A stretch of 64,000 nucleotides of DNA, taken from positions 758 to 64,757 of the forward strand of contig CALXLI010000004.1 of NCBI GenBank assembly GCA_944389155.1. Direction: 5' to 3'. Of this stretch, positions 18,335 through 26,914 are shown in pieces. A program made the translations under genes and the position numbers. This DNA is from an uncultured Spirochaetaceae bacterium. Lineage in GTDB: Bacteria > Spirochaetota > Spirochaetia > Sphaerochaetales > Sphaerochaetaceae. Within the stretch, counting starts at the first letter, position 1, and every line of letters begins with the position of its first letter. The notes under the pieces were generated by a model. That model saw only the letters and a list, made by a program, of their open reading frames with translations, did not search any database and was not told the origin of the DNA.

Positions 18335-19555
18335 ATGAACATAGCAAGGAAAATCTATTGCAGGGTATTTCAGGAAGTTTTCCACATAGCGATACCGTTC
18401 CTTCCATATAGGAAGCCAACGATCCTCAGCAGCGTGACAGAGCTTCCCAAGCTCTTCAAAGATAAGAATATAGACAGCGTTCTTATCGTTACGGATAAAT
18501 CGATAAGAGGATTCGGCATCACAAAGCCTTTGGAGGATGCGCTCTCTGCAAACGGGATCAAGGCCACTGTCTATGATGGCACTGTTGCAAATCCAACGAC
18601 AGATAATGTCGAAGAGGCAAGAAAGCTTTATATAGCATCAGGCTCAGAGGCCATCATAGGATTTGGAGGAGGCTCTTCAATAGATGCAGCTAAGGCCGTA
18701 GGTGCGAGAATTGCATATCCAAAAAAGCCTCTATCAAAGATGGAAGGAATACTCAAGGTCCTGAAGAGGATTCCGCTCCTTGTCGCGATTCCGACCACTG
18801 CAGGAACAGGAAGCGAAACAACACTTGCATCTGTCATTGTCGATTCAGAGACAAGGCACAAGTACCCGATAAACAGCTTTCCACTGATCCCACGATATGC
18901 TGTCCTTGATCCAGAAGTGACCAAAACGCTTCCGCCTTCTGTTACAGCAACAACAGGGCTTGATGCGCTCACACATGCTGTAGAGGCATTCATCGGCCGC
19001 TCTACGACAAAAGAGACGAGAAGGGACTCTATAGAAGCTGTACGTCTTATCTTCTCCAATATTGAGAAGGTATATAAAGATGGCTCTGACGTGGAAGCAC
19101 GTCGTGCAATGCTACGTGCGGCATTCCTGGCAGGAAGCGCATTCACCAAGTCATATGTTGGCTATGTACATGCCGTTGCACACTCTCTTGGAGGCAAGTA
19201 TAACACCCCGCATGGCCTTGCAAACGCAGTACTGCTTCCTTATGTCCTTGAGTACTATGGGAAGAGCTCGTGGAAGAAGCTCGCTGTGCTGGCAGATGCT
19301 GCAGGCATTGCAGGAAAGAGCGATGAAGAGAAAGCGAATGCGTTCATAGCAGAGATAAGGAGAATGGAGCGCGAGCTCAGGATTCCGAAAACCCTTCCAG
19401 AGGTCAAGGAAGAGGATATAGAGGAGCTATCAGCATATGCTGACAAGGAAGCCAACCCGCTCTACCCTGTACCGATGCTGATGGACAAGGAAGAGCTGAA
19501 GGCCTTCTACAGGAAGATCATGGCAAAGGAAAGCAAGGTAAACGCAACAGCATAA
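18335..19555 (+). CDS. Iron-containing (group III) alcohol dehydrogenase
   Basis: Motifs GFGGGSSIDAAKA, PTTAGTGSE, and metal-binding His blocks (LTHAVEA, HAVAHSLGGKYNTPHG). The track ORF starts at 18287 and would run over the promoter-like TTGACA boxes; the ATG at 18335 (MNIARKIYCR) is preferred. Confidence 0.88.
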   Translation: MNIARKIYCRVFQEVFHIAIPFLPYRKPTILSSVTELPKLFKDKNIDSVLIVTDKSIRGFGITKPLEDALSANGIKATVYDGTVANPTTDNVEEARKLYIASGSEAIIGFGGGSSIDAAKAVGARIAYPKKPLSKMEGILKVLKRIPLLVAIPTTAGTGSETTLASVIVDSETRHKYPINSFPLIPRYAVLDPEVTKTLPPSVTATTGLDALTHAVEAFIGRSTTKETRRDSIEAVRLIFSNIEKVYKDGSDVEARRAMLRAAFLAGSAFTKSYVGYVHAVAHSLGGKYNTPHGLANAVLLPYVLEYYGKSSWKKLAVLADAAGIAGKSDEEKANAFIAEIRRMERELRIPKTLPEVKEEDIEELSAYADKEANPLYPVPMLMDKEELKAFYRKIMAKESKVNATA

Positions 19556-19577
19556 AGCAGGGGAAACCCTGCTTTTC
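19554..19577. terminator. Bidirectional hairpin terminator between the convergent adh and heparinase-like genes
   Basis: AAAGCAGGG-GAAA-CCCTGCTTTT: a 7-bp GC-rich stem flanked by an A run on one side and a T run on the other. Confidence 0.65.
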
Positions 19578-21530
19578 CTATGCTTCAAGGACCGTCCCTA
19601 TATCACCATCACCAGAAGTGAACACGACAAGGCGTCCCCAGCCTGTGTGTCCATCGACAGAGAAGCTATCCGTAGGAGACCCCCATTCGTAATGGGAGAC
19701 TGCCAATATATAGCTGCCGATCCTCACAGCTTCTATTTCCCTGTCAGAGAATGTGATGCCTTTGAAGTTGCTCTTCACAGGCAGCTTTTCTATCTCAGCG
19801 TTCCCGTCTGTTATAACGGTTATGAAAGAACCAAAGTCTTTGTAAGCTCTGCTGACTTTTATGGATACGTTGCTCTCGGCCTGATTGTAATGCCTCGATA
19901 TCCTCGAAGGATAGCTTATTGTGCTCTCTCCATTTATTGCCGTGAAGCAGACATTGCTTCTCTCTGTATTGAATGAGAACGAGTTATCAGAGAGGATCTC
20001 GGTTTTTCCCTTTTCAGAGAAATGCCAATAACACTGTGCGCTATGCTCCCCCCTGCCATAGCACTCATCTATTACAGCAATCGTCTTCTCATCAAGCACA
20101 ACCACCTTTCGAGAGACAAACGATGAGGAGAATATATAGCCAAGATGACCTCCCTTGATAAAGGCCATGCCGTTCTTTTCCTTCCACTTCAGGCCATAGG
20201 ACTCACTCATCTTGCTATACTCCCAGCTATCTTTCTTCGTGTAGCTATCCGCACCATCGATCGTCACAATGTTATGGGCATGAGAATCCTTGAACTCATA
20301 GCGATCGCTTTTGTCTACATATGTATAGCGGCCTGGATCGATAAGCACATCCTCCCCATTAATGCACAGGTCTATGTGAGTCTGGTCTGCATGCGAATGT
20401 CCTGCCCCTATTGGTCCATCCTTGAATGAAAGATAAGTCCCAGCGCTTCTGTAAACAACGTGGCCGCTGTCAGGGAAGGAGAACAGCTTTGCACTTGGAG
20501 TCTTTATATCCATTTCCTCATATTCCGCAGCCGCATCGCTTCCGCAGTCCCAGAGTGCATCGAATGTCATATGATCCTCTCCAAATCCCCTTATGACAGG
20601 ATCAGAGAAGATATAGGCGCTCTTTTCCGTAAGATCCCTCTGGTCGATATCATCACTGTCCCCTGACATAGGCTCAGAGCCATCTGGTTTCTGCATCAGG
20701 GCTGAATAAAGCGCTGCTTTATGTATTCTCTCGACAAATGACTCAGGAAGAGCGACGGAAAGACGCTTTGCAAGCAAGACGACATCAAGCATGCAATGGA
20801 GTACCTCATTGTGATACATGGCACTCTGTTCCCAATGCACCCCATCATCATAGATCTGGATCTCAGCTTCCTGAACCAAACGCTCTATAGCTGTCTTTCT
20901 CCAGGCTTCAGTCCTTGCGCTCTGAGGCAGGACAAGTGATGCAACAAAAAGGCCATGGTTTGCAAGTATTCCCCAGTTTGAAAGGAGATTATAAGAGTTC
21001 CATACGCTCATTATGTACTCGGCATGTTCCGTGACAGATGCAACGAACGCATCTATGACCTCATCGGTAAGATATGGGGATGAACGGAAATACTGTATGG
21101 CCTTGCACCAATGCTCCATCCTTATTCCTGTCTCTATCGTTCTCCAGGCCTTGGACTCAGGAGAGAACGGAACAGTACGTATCCAATGCATAAGCTGCTT
21201 TGCAAAGCATTTCGCATACTTCTCATCACCAGTGAGGGCATAGGCCTGTCCAAGGCATATCCAGAAACGCATGCGGTTGAATGCATATATGAACTCAGGG
21301 TCATCGCCCGGCTGCCTGAGCCAGTCGATCTCACCCTCAAAGACAACAGGTATCTGTGTCTGTTCCAGATCCCATCGGAGATTGAATATAAAGCTCTGCG
21401 CGATGGTATCATCAGCATTCTTGATTATCTTCATGCATTCATCTTTGCTATAGCGGAGTGCATACCCGGCACTTGCCTTCGGATCATCGAAAAAGAAACG
21501 TCTGTCCTGAAAGAATTCCTCTTTGGTCAT
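19578..21530 (-). CDS. Heparinase II/III-like family protein (alginate-lyase-like N-domain plus heparinase II/III C-domain), no signal peptide
   Basis: 650 aa. An (alpha/alpha)-toroid-like N-half (FAFNRMRFW-type block FIYAFNRMRFWICLGQAY; NWGILANHG) and a C-half with GHSHADQTHIDL / HAHNIV blocks recall the Hepar_II_III family. The N-terminus MTKEEFFQDRRFFFDD is hydrophilic. Confidence 0.75.
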   Translation of the reverse strand: MTKEEFFQDRRFFFDDPKASAGYALRYSKDECMKIIKNADDTIAQSFIFNLRWDLEQTQIPVVFEGEIDWLRQPGDDPEFIYAFNRMRFWICLGQAYALTGDEKYAKCFAKQLMHWIRTVPFSPESKAWRTIETGIRMEHWCKAIQYFRSSPYLTDEVIDAFVASVTEHAEYIMSVWNSYNLLSNWGILANHGLFVASLVLPQSARTEAWRKTAIERLVQEAEIQIYDDGVHWEQSAMYHNEVLHCMLDVVLLAKRLSVALPESFVERIHKAALYSALMQKPDGSEPMSGDSDDIDQRDLTEKSAYIFSDPVIRGFGEDHMTFDALWDCGSDAAAEYEEMDIKTPSAKLFSFPDSGHVVYRSAGTYLSFKDGPIGAGHSHADQTHIDLCINGEDVLIDPGRYTYVDKSDRYEFKDSHAHNIVTIDGADSYTKKDSWEYSKMSESYGLKWKEKNGMAFIKGGHLGYIFSSSFVSRKVVVLDEKTIAVIDECYGRGEHSAQCYWHFSEKGKTEILSDNSFSFNTERSNVCFTAINGESTISYPSRISRHYNQAESNVSIKVSRAYKDFGSFITVITDGNAEIEKLPVKSNFKGITFSDREIEAVRIGSYILAVSHYEWGSPTDSFSVDGHTGWGRLVVFTSGDGDIGTVLEA

Positions 21531-21541
21531 GGTATCATGTT

Positions 21542-21585
21542 ATTCTATGCCTAAGATTCCATCTAGCGGTATCGATGCATAGAAT
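21542..21585. promoter_or_regulatory. Inverted repeat ATTCTATGC-N26-GCATAGAAT in a divergent promoter region
   Basis: Perfect 9-bp arms read directly from the sequence. Each arm contains TAGAAT when read toward its adjacent gene. Confidence 0.45.
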
Positions 21586-21609
21586 GCTAAAATGGGATAA
21601 GGAGTATTT

Positions 21610-22389
21610 ATGATAAACATAAAAATAGCAAATGAAGGCAACACTCTTGCAGAAAGAAGCGGTGAGAACGAAGTATACGCTGTATACAAAGAGGAATACA
21701 GGCCAGGAGACGTAATCACGATAGCTTTTGAGGAAGAAGGGCTGTATTGGGTATCGTTGGATGCAGCGCTCATCCCATCTCTTCTCTGGTGCAGGGGAAC
21801 ATATACACTTCCGGTTCCGTTCGATGAGAAGAAGGCTGCGTATTCACCTGCAGCGTTCTCTGGTCCCATACACCTCCTGATGGTGAAGAAAGCAAAGGAC
21901 GAGGAGAAGAAGAACTACCGCAACCTTGCCCTGAATGCAGCAGATCACCATGAAAACAATGCACTCTATCCTCATACATACGCTAATGTAGAGACACGCG
22001 GAGAATCCGTGTTCGCATCACGCAATGCTGTCGATGGACTTATAGCAGCAGACAACCACGGTGGCTATCCTTGGTCAAGCTGGGGAATCAACAGGAATCC
22101 CGATGCACAGATGACCGTAGACTTCGGCCGTGCAGTCGATATAGACAAGCTGGTATTCTACAACAGAGCGGATTTCCCCCATGACGCCTGGTGGACAGAA
22201 GGCCGTGTGACATTCTCTGATGGCAGCGCTGTAACGCTCAGCTTCATAAAGAAAGATGGCGCACAGGAATTTGAAGTGAAGAAGAATGCTGTGACAAGCC
22301 TTACGATCTCCCATCTCATAAAAGCAGATGATCCATCACCATTTCCTGCTCTTGTGCAGATAGAAGCCTGGGGACGAGAGAGTGAATAA
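21610..22389 (+). CDS. Hypothetical protein with a C-terminal discoidin/galactose-binding-like domain
   Basis: 259 aa. The C-half (NAVDGLIA...GYPWSSWG...MTVDFGRAVDIDKLVFYNRADFPHDAWW...IEAWG) resembles F5/8-type-C-like carbohydrate-binding modules. No signal peptide. Its stop overlaps the next gene by 8 nt. Confidence 0.5.
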   Translation: MINIKIANEGNTLAERSGENEVYAVYKEEYRPGDVITIAFEEEGLYWVSLDAALIPSLLWCRGTYTLPVPFDEKKAAYSPAAFSGPIHLLMVKKAKDEEKKNYRNLALNAADHHENNALYPHTYANVETRGESVFASRNAVDGLIAADNHGGYPWSSWGINRNPDAQMTVDFGRAVDIDKLVFYNRADFPHDAWWTEGRVTFSDGSAVTLSFIKKDGAQEFEVKKNAVTSLTISHLIKADDPSPFPALVQIEAWGRESE

Positions 22390-22930
22390 CACAAGAAGGC
22401 TGCTGCAGATCGCATCTATCCTTGGCGTTATCCTGATAGCAGTCGCTATCTATATAGCCAAGAATGGCGGTGCCGATGGATTGCAGGACTCGATAGACCA
22501 GAGCTTTGACTCGGCGCGCGTTGGAGTTGTGCCGCTGGAGATATCTGATTTCACGCCCAGCATGATAACAAACTCTGAAAAGCCTATGCTTCTGGTGCTT
22601 GGCGAGTCCTGGTGCCAGCCATGCCTGCGAATGATGGATGATCTGAGAGAGCTGCATAGGAACGTTGCAGACGTAGAAGTCCGCTATATAGACCTTGAGA
22701 GAAACAGAGAAGCTATGGACTATTTCCCTGTACGTGTAACTCCGACCATCGTACTGTATGAAGCAGATGGAAAGCCATTCTCACCACCTGAGGATTTTGG
22801 GATATCAATGTTGATGTACTCATCAAGGGATACTGGAGAGCATGTATTTACAGTCCATGAAGGTTATCTTACAAGGGAAGAGCTTGATACGCTCATAGAG
22901 GCACTTGGGAATGCTGGACAGAATACTTGA
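22382..22930 (+). CDS. Membrane-anchored thioredoxin-like protein (TlpA/ResA-like)
   Basis: N-terminal TM anchor (LLQIASILGVILIAVAIYIA) and the CxxC active site WCQPC in a thioredoxin-fold context. Confidence 0.8.
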   Translation: MNNTRRLLQIASILGVILIAVAIYIAKNGGADGLQDSIDQSFDSARVGVVPLEISDFTPSMITNSEKPMLLVLGESWCQPCLRMMDDLRELHRNVADVEVRYIDLERNREAMDYFPVRVTPTIVLYEADGKPFSPPEDFGISMLMYSSRDTGEHVFTVHEGYLTREELDTLIEALGNAGQNT

Positions 22931-23594
22931 GTCTTTATCATCACTGCTGGAACTCAGCGCAGCAGCTCCTTTCATAGCGTTTATTGCAGGGGTAATAACA
23001 TCACTTACCCCTTGCTCGCTTTCGCAGATACCTCTTGTCCTTGGATATGTAGGCAAGGAAGCAAGCCCTGGGAAAGCATTCAGATTATCGCTGGTGTATG
23101 CATTGGGATCCGCTGTCACATTCACAGCTTTCGGTATAGCAGCATCTCTTTTCGGCACGCTTCTTGGCGCGGCATTCTCCTGGTGGTATATCATCCTTGG
23201 AATCATCATGATGCTGATGGCTCTTCAGATGTGGGGAATCATAAGCATAGCGCCATCAACATATCTTGCTGCGAAAAACAGGCACAGAGGTTATATAGGG
23301 GCCCTCATCGCAGGGATTATCGGAGGAGTATTCTCATCCCCTTGCTCAACACCTGTCCTCATTGCCCTGATAGCGATGATCGCAGCGGAAGAGAGCATGA
23401 TGAGAGGTGCTTTGCTGATGCTCCTATACGCACTTGGCTGCACAGCGCTTTCCATAGCCCTCGGATCATCTCCATCGCTTATAAGGAAAGTGGGACAGAA
23501 CGAGAAGATGAGAAAGATCTCAAAAGCACTGAACATACTTCTTGGCATCCTTGTCTTCATCATCGGAGCAGTGCTTCTATACCTGGGATTCTAG
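22905..23594 (+). CDS. ccdA: Cytochrome c biogenesis protein CcdA / DsbD-like thiol-disulfide transmembrane electron transporter
   Basis: 229 aa with six hydrophobic helices and the two conserved Pro-Cys motifs (SLTPCSLSQIPL and FSSPCSTPVL). Overlaps the thioredoxin-like gene by 26 nt. Confidence 0.85.
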   Translation: MGMLDRILESLSSLLELSAAAPFIAFIAGVITSLTPCSLSQIPLVLGYVGKEASPGKAFRLSLVYALGSAVTFTAFGIAASLFGTLLGAAFSWWYIILGIIMMLMALQMWGIISIAPSTYLAAKNRHRGYIGALIAGIIGGVFSSPCSTPVLIALIAMIAAEESMMRGALLMLLYALGCTALSIALGSSPSLIRKVGQNEKMRKISKALNILLGILVFIIGAVLLYLGF

Positions 23595-23733
23595 GCATTG
23601 AGCAGAACCAGGGAAAAGGAATGCTGCTGTATTTCGAAGCGAAATCCAGGCAATCGATACCAGAAGCTGTGAGTCAGCTATAGAATGCCTATCAGCAAGA
23701 AGATAATCGATTATAATCTGCTTTGGTTCTTTC

Positions 23734-24192
23734 TCAGTTACTAAGCCGAACTGGATCCTCTATCTCATCAAACGAATCAAGGACAAGGGATAGAAGGAAT
23801 GATATAACCTCTTCATCTTCTTCCTTTCCGAAATATGGTCCAAGGCTCTCCCGCTCACCATTTCCGTAGAGCATTATCCTCTTCTCCCCATAGAAGCCCT
23901 TTGTGCCATAGTCAGCCTGGAGTTCCTTGAGGGGAATTCCCATAAGAGGAGCCATGGCCCGAAGATCCTCGCACTCAATCGCTGCAGCGAATATATAACG
24001 ATCCTTATATATGACACTTGCTGAATATGGAATAGCGACAACTGAAAGCTCAGAGAGTGTCTCCGCTCTTTTCTGGAATCTTATCTCCAGATCAGATACC
24101 CCATATCTTGATACAACAGCAGAATCAGGACGCGGAACTGAATCAAAGTCAGAGTCCAGAAGCGATGGTGCGTTTTTCCTATCTATTATCAT
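23734..24192 (-). CDS. Hypothetical protein (152 aa, acidic), translationally coupled to the upstream yihY-like gene
   Basis: ATGA start/stop overlap with the 24189..25442 gene. No motif I recognise. Coding status rests on ORF length, the coupling and the absence of a competing ORF. Confidence 0.45.
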   Translation of the reverse strand: MIIDRKNAPSLLDSDFDSVPRPDSAVVSRYGVSDLEIRFQKRAETLSELSVVAIPYSASVIYKDRYIFAAAIECEDLRAMAPLMGIPLKELQADYGTKGFYGEKRIMLYGNGERESLGPYFGKEEDEEVISFLLSLVLDSFDEIEDPVRLSN

Positions 24193-25442
24193 ATTCTCTC
24201 CAGAAGGTTCTCTACTGTAACTGTATCCATATTCTCAGTGCCTCTACGGAGGAAATCAACAGCAACAGCCTCACCTATAGTCTCTATATCCGCATTGGTT
24301 ATCCCCCTGCCGCCGAAGAGCACAGAGAGGACATCCGAGAGCTTTATCTGATCCAGCGGGCGTGCAGGAACGAATGAAGTGCGAGCACTGTTTGCAGCTA
24401 TTATCATCCCTGCATCCTCAAAGTCCGATACATATGAATTTATCGCAGCAGATGGCACGCCGAGACGCTTCATAAGCTCCTTCAGCGTCATAACCCCCTC
24501 TCCTTTCCTGTATTTATCAGCGATCAGAAGAAGCATGTTCACCGCTTCGGTAATCTGCAATACAGGAGCCTGCCTGTTGCCAAGGATCATTGCCTTATCC
24601 GGACGGAACTGGTAAACATAGACAATCTCAGCTGCGAAGAGGATTATGAACCAGCTGACAAAAAGGAAAAGAAGCGCTATCAGAATCGATGCCATTGAGC
24701 CATAGATCACTGAGTAGCTTACCATCGATCTCGTTACAAGGCTGAATATCTTGGAAGCGACTGCCAGCGATATTACTCCGGTGAAAGCTCCTGCTGATGC
24801 AGAACCAAAGCGTATCTTTGCATTCGGGACAGCCTTATAGAGCAGGAAAAGGATGACCCAGATTATAAGATACGGCAGAAGCGATGCAAATATTCCCCTT
24901 GGTCTCTCCGTTCCTATTGCTATCTGGGAAAGCGTACTCTGCAGCATGCTCTGGAGCGCAAACGATGCAACGATCATGAACGCTCCAACGATCAGGAACG
25001 TCAGGAATGTCGTGAATCTCCTCATAGTCCCCGAAGATGGTTTCGTATGGAATATATTGTTTATCGCTATATAGATCTTATCAACAAGGAGTATGCCTGT
25101 GATGATGAATGAGACAAGCCCGACTACGCCAAGGCTCATTGCATTCGAGGAGAACTGCTGTATATAGTCTATAAGCTCCTGACCTGTCTGCTCTCCGAAT
25201 GTGTCAGTAAGAAGATATGCGATTATCTTCATGAACGGCTGGACAACACCGAATGCAGAAAGGAATGCAAGCAGGAATGTCAGGCACGGGACGATAGCGA
25301 TGAGCGTTGAATAGACCATGCCCGATGCGACCATCGTAAGGTTGTCATTGTTCATTGAACGGAATGCAGAGGTGACTGCACGCCAGTAATCTGCCCACCA
25401 TGCACAGAATCTACGGGAAATCTCAGCAGCTTTATTCGGCAT
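24189..25442 (-). CDS. YihY/BrkB-family inner membrane protein with a C-terminal winged-helix (Rrf2-like) extension
   Basis: The N-terminal ~285 aa match the YihY pattern (NDNLTMVASGMVYSTLIAIVPCLTFLLAF, six TM helices). The C-terminal ~130 aa read like an Rrf2-type wHTH (GVMTLKELMKRLGVPSAAINSYVSDFEDAGMIIA...ARPLDQIKLSDVLSVL). Confidence 0.8.
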   Translation of the reverse strand: MPNKAAEISRRFCAWWADYWRAVTSAFRSMNNDNLTMVASGMVYSTLIAIVPCLTFLLAFLSAFGVVQPFMKIIAYLLTDTFGEQTGQELIDYIQQFSSNAMSLGVVGLVSFIITGILLVDKIYIAINNIFHTKPSSGTMRRFTTFLTFLIVGAFMIVASFALQSMLQSTLSQIAIGTERPRGIFASLLPYLIIWVILFLLYKAVPNAKIRFGSASAGAFTGVISLAVASKIFSLVTRSMVSYSVIYGSMASILIALLFLFVSWFIILFAAEIVYVYQFRPDKAMILGNRQAPVLQITEAVNMLLLIADKYRKGEGVMTLKELMKRLGVPSAAINSYVSDFEDAGMIIAANSARTSFVPARPLDQIKLSDVLSVLFGGRGITNADIETIGEAVAVDFLRRGTENMDTVTVENLLERI

Positions 25443-26352
25443 TGTCGATCACCTCTAGGGCAAAAGCCCCCATTGTCTTCTCTACGATATCCCTATCGGT
25501 CTCATTGAGTATCTCATGACGATCATCGGGCAAGAGCACCAGACGGACATCCTTGATTCCCGCATTCCTGTATAGCTTCTCCACCTTGATAACGCCTTTG
25601 CCATAGTTTCCGACGGGATCCTTATCTCCAGAGATGAGCATTATCGGGATATCCTTCCTTATATTCCCTGCAAGGCCCCTGTCATTGGCCTTCTCTATCA
25701 ATGTAAGAAGATCGCTGTAAAAAGCAGATGAGCATGTAAATCCGCAAAGCGGGTCATTTTCATACTTCATGACCTCTTCCCTATCCTTGGAGAGCCATCC
25801 ATAGCTTCCCTCACCTGGGAAGTGCTTTACATATGAACCAAATGCGATCCTCTCAAAAGTGGGATCCGGCATTCTTGATCCATATTTCCTTGCATTATGC
25901 TTTGCTATCAGCTTTCCGCACTTCCCGATGATTCCCTGAGAATATCCTGTACCGCAGATTATCGCACCGGCAAAGGCATGGGAATGCTCTGCAAGGACAA
26001 TGCGTGCTATGAAAGAGCCCATTGAATGCCCAAATAGGATATGAGGCAGATCGGGATGCTCATTTGATATAACCTTATCCAGCTCCCATGAATCCTCAAC
26101 GACCTTCTTCCATCCATCCTCTTCCGCGAACCACCCTTTCTCGTTCTCTTCCTTTGTATATCCATGGCCTCTGTGATCCTGGGCATATACAACGATACCA
26201 AGAGAGTTAAGATAGGAGGCAAAGCGTGAATAGCGAAGGCTATGCTCAGCCATGCCATGATTTATATGAAGCGTTGCTTTTGCATTATCTGTATCCCAGA
26301 TCCTGTAAAACAAATCATGTCCATCATTCAATACAAGCGTGCGCTGCTCCAT
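25432..26352 (-). CDS. Alpha/beta hydrolase (lysophospholipase / monoacylglycerol-lipase-like)
   Basis: HG oxyanion motif (HINHGMAEH), nucleophile elbow GHSMGS, and late Asp/His (GDKDPV, DDRHEI). Confidence 0.85.
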   Translation of the reverse strand: MEQRTLVLNDGHDLFYRIWDTDNAKATLHINHGMAEHSLRYSRFASYLNSLGIVVYAQDHRGHGYTKEENEKGWFAEEDGWKKVVEDSWELDKVISNEHPDLPHILFGHSMGSFIARIVLAEHSHAFAGAIICGTGYSQGIIGKCGKLIAKHNARKYGSRMPDPTFERIAFGSYVKHFPGEGSYGWLSKDREEVMKYENDPLCGFTCSSAFYSDLLTLIEKANDRGLAGNIRKDIPIMLISGDKDPVGNYGKGVIKVEKLYRNAGIKDVRLVLLPDDRHEILNETDRDIVEKTMGAFALEVIDNAE

Positions 26353-26416
26353 GAAAACACCTCAGAACAAATATAAATAGCTTTTCATGGCTTTGCAATG
26401 AGGCTATCCTTTTCTC

Positions 26417-26914
26417 ATGTCCTATCTGATCGTTTCTGACATCCATGGCTCGGAAGAAGGTGTACAGCTGATAGAAAGAGCGAAGGAGCACTTCAGCGCT
26501 GAGGGGATAATATCCGCAGGAGACCAATGCCCTGCAGGATACAGACTTTCTTTCTGGAGATCTCTTATTGCTGTACGGGGCAACTCAGACCGCTTCTATG
26601 AATATGAAGATATTCCATTTCCACCGCTTACGAGGGAAGAACGGATATATGGGCACCGCATGACAATAACGCATGGAGACAGATACTCCTTCGAAGATTT
26701 CGCCCTCGATCCTGATGATATCTTCATATATGGCCACACGCATGTGCCTGTGCTTGAGAAAAGGAATGGCGTCTATGTAGTCAACCCAGGATCCCCATCC
26801 CGTCCGCGCTCATCGTCCGGGCCTACAGCGGCGCTCTTCGATGAAAGCTTCCTTGCGCTTTTCTCCCTTCTTGATTTCAGCTTTCTCTCAAGGCTGCCCT
26901 TCTCCTTTTCATAG
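26417..26914 (+). CDS. YfcE/MJ0936-family metallophosphoesterase
   Basis: Motifs SDIHG, AGD, GNSD and GHTH in the canonical order. Confidence 0.8.
   Translation: MSYLIVSDIHGSEEGVQLIERAKEHFSAEGIISAGDQCPAGYRLSFWRSLIAVRGNSDRFYEYEDIPFPPLTREERIYGHRMTITHGDRYSFEDFALDPDDIFIYGHTHVPVLEKRNGVYVVNPGSPSRPRSSSGPTAALFDESFLALFSLLDFSFLSRLPFSFS

Noticed and set aside
17140-22389. A possible polysaccharide utilisation locus or horizontally acquired island (DUF362, Fe-ADH, heparinase-like and discoidin-like genes).
   Set aside because: There are no transporters, SusC/D genes, regulators, signal peptides, integrase, tRNA anchor or flanking direct repeats. There is also no obvious GC shift by eye. It is treated as ordinary accessory metabolism.
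23012-23683. A 223-aa ORF in an alternative plus-strand frame over ccdA.
   Set aside because: The ccdA frame carries the conserved Pro-Cys motifs and TM pattern. The alternative frame is Arg/His/Ser-rich with no features.
23703-23714. 12-bp perfect palindrome ATAATCGATTAT between the convergent ccdA and the 152-aa ORF.
   Set aside because: It is short, AT-rich and centred on a ClaI-type site. It could occur by chance and has no flanking terminator features.
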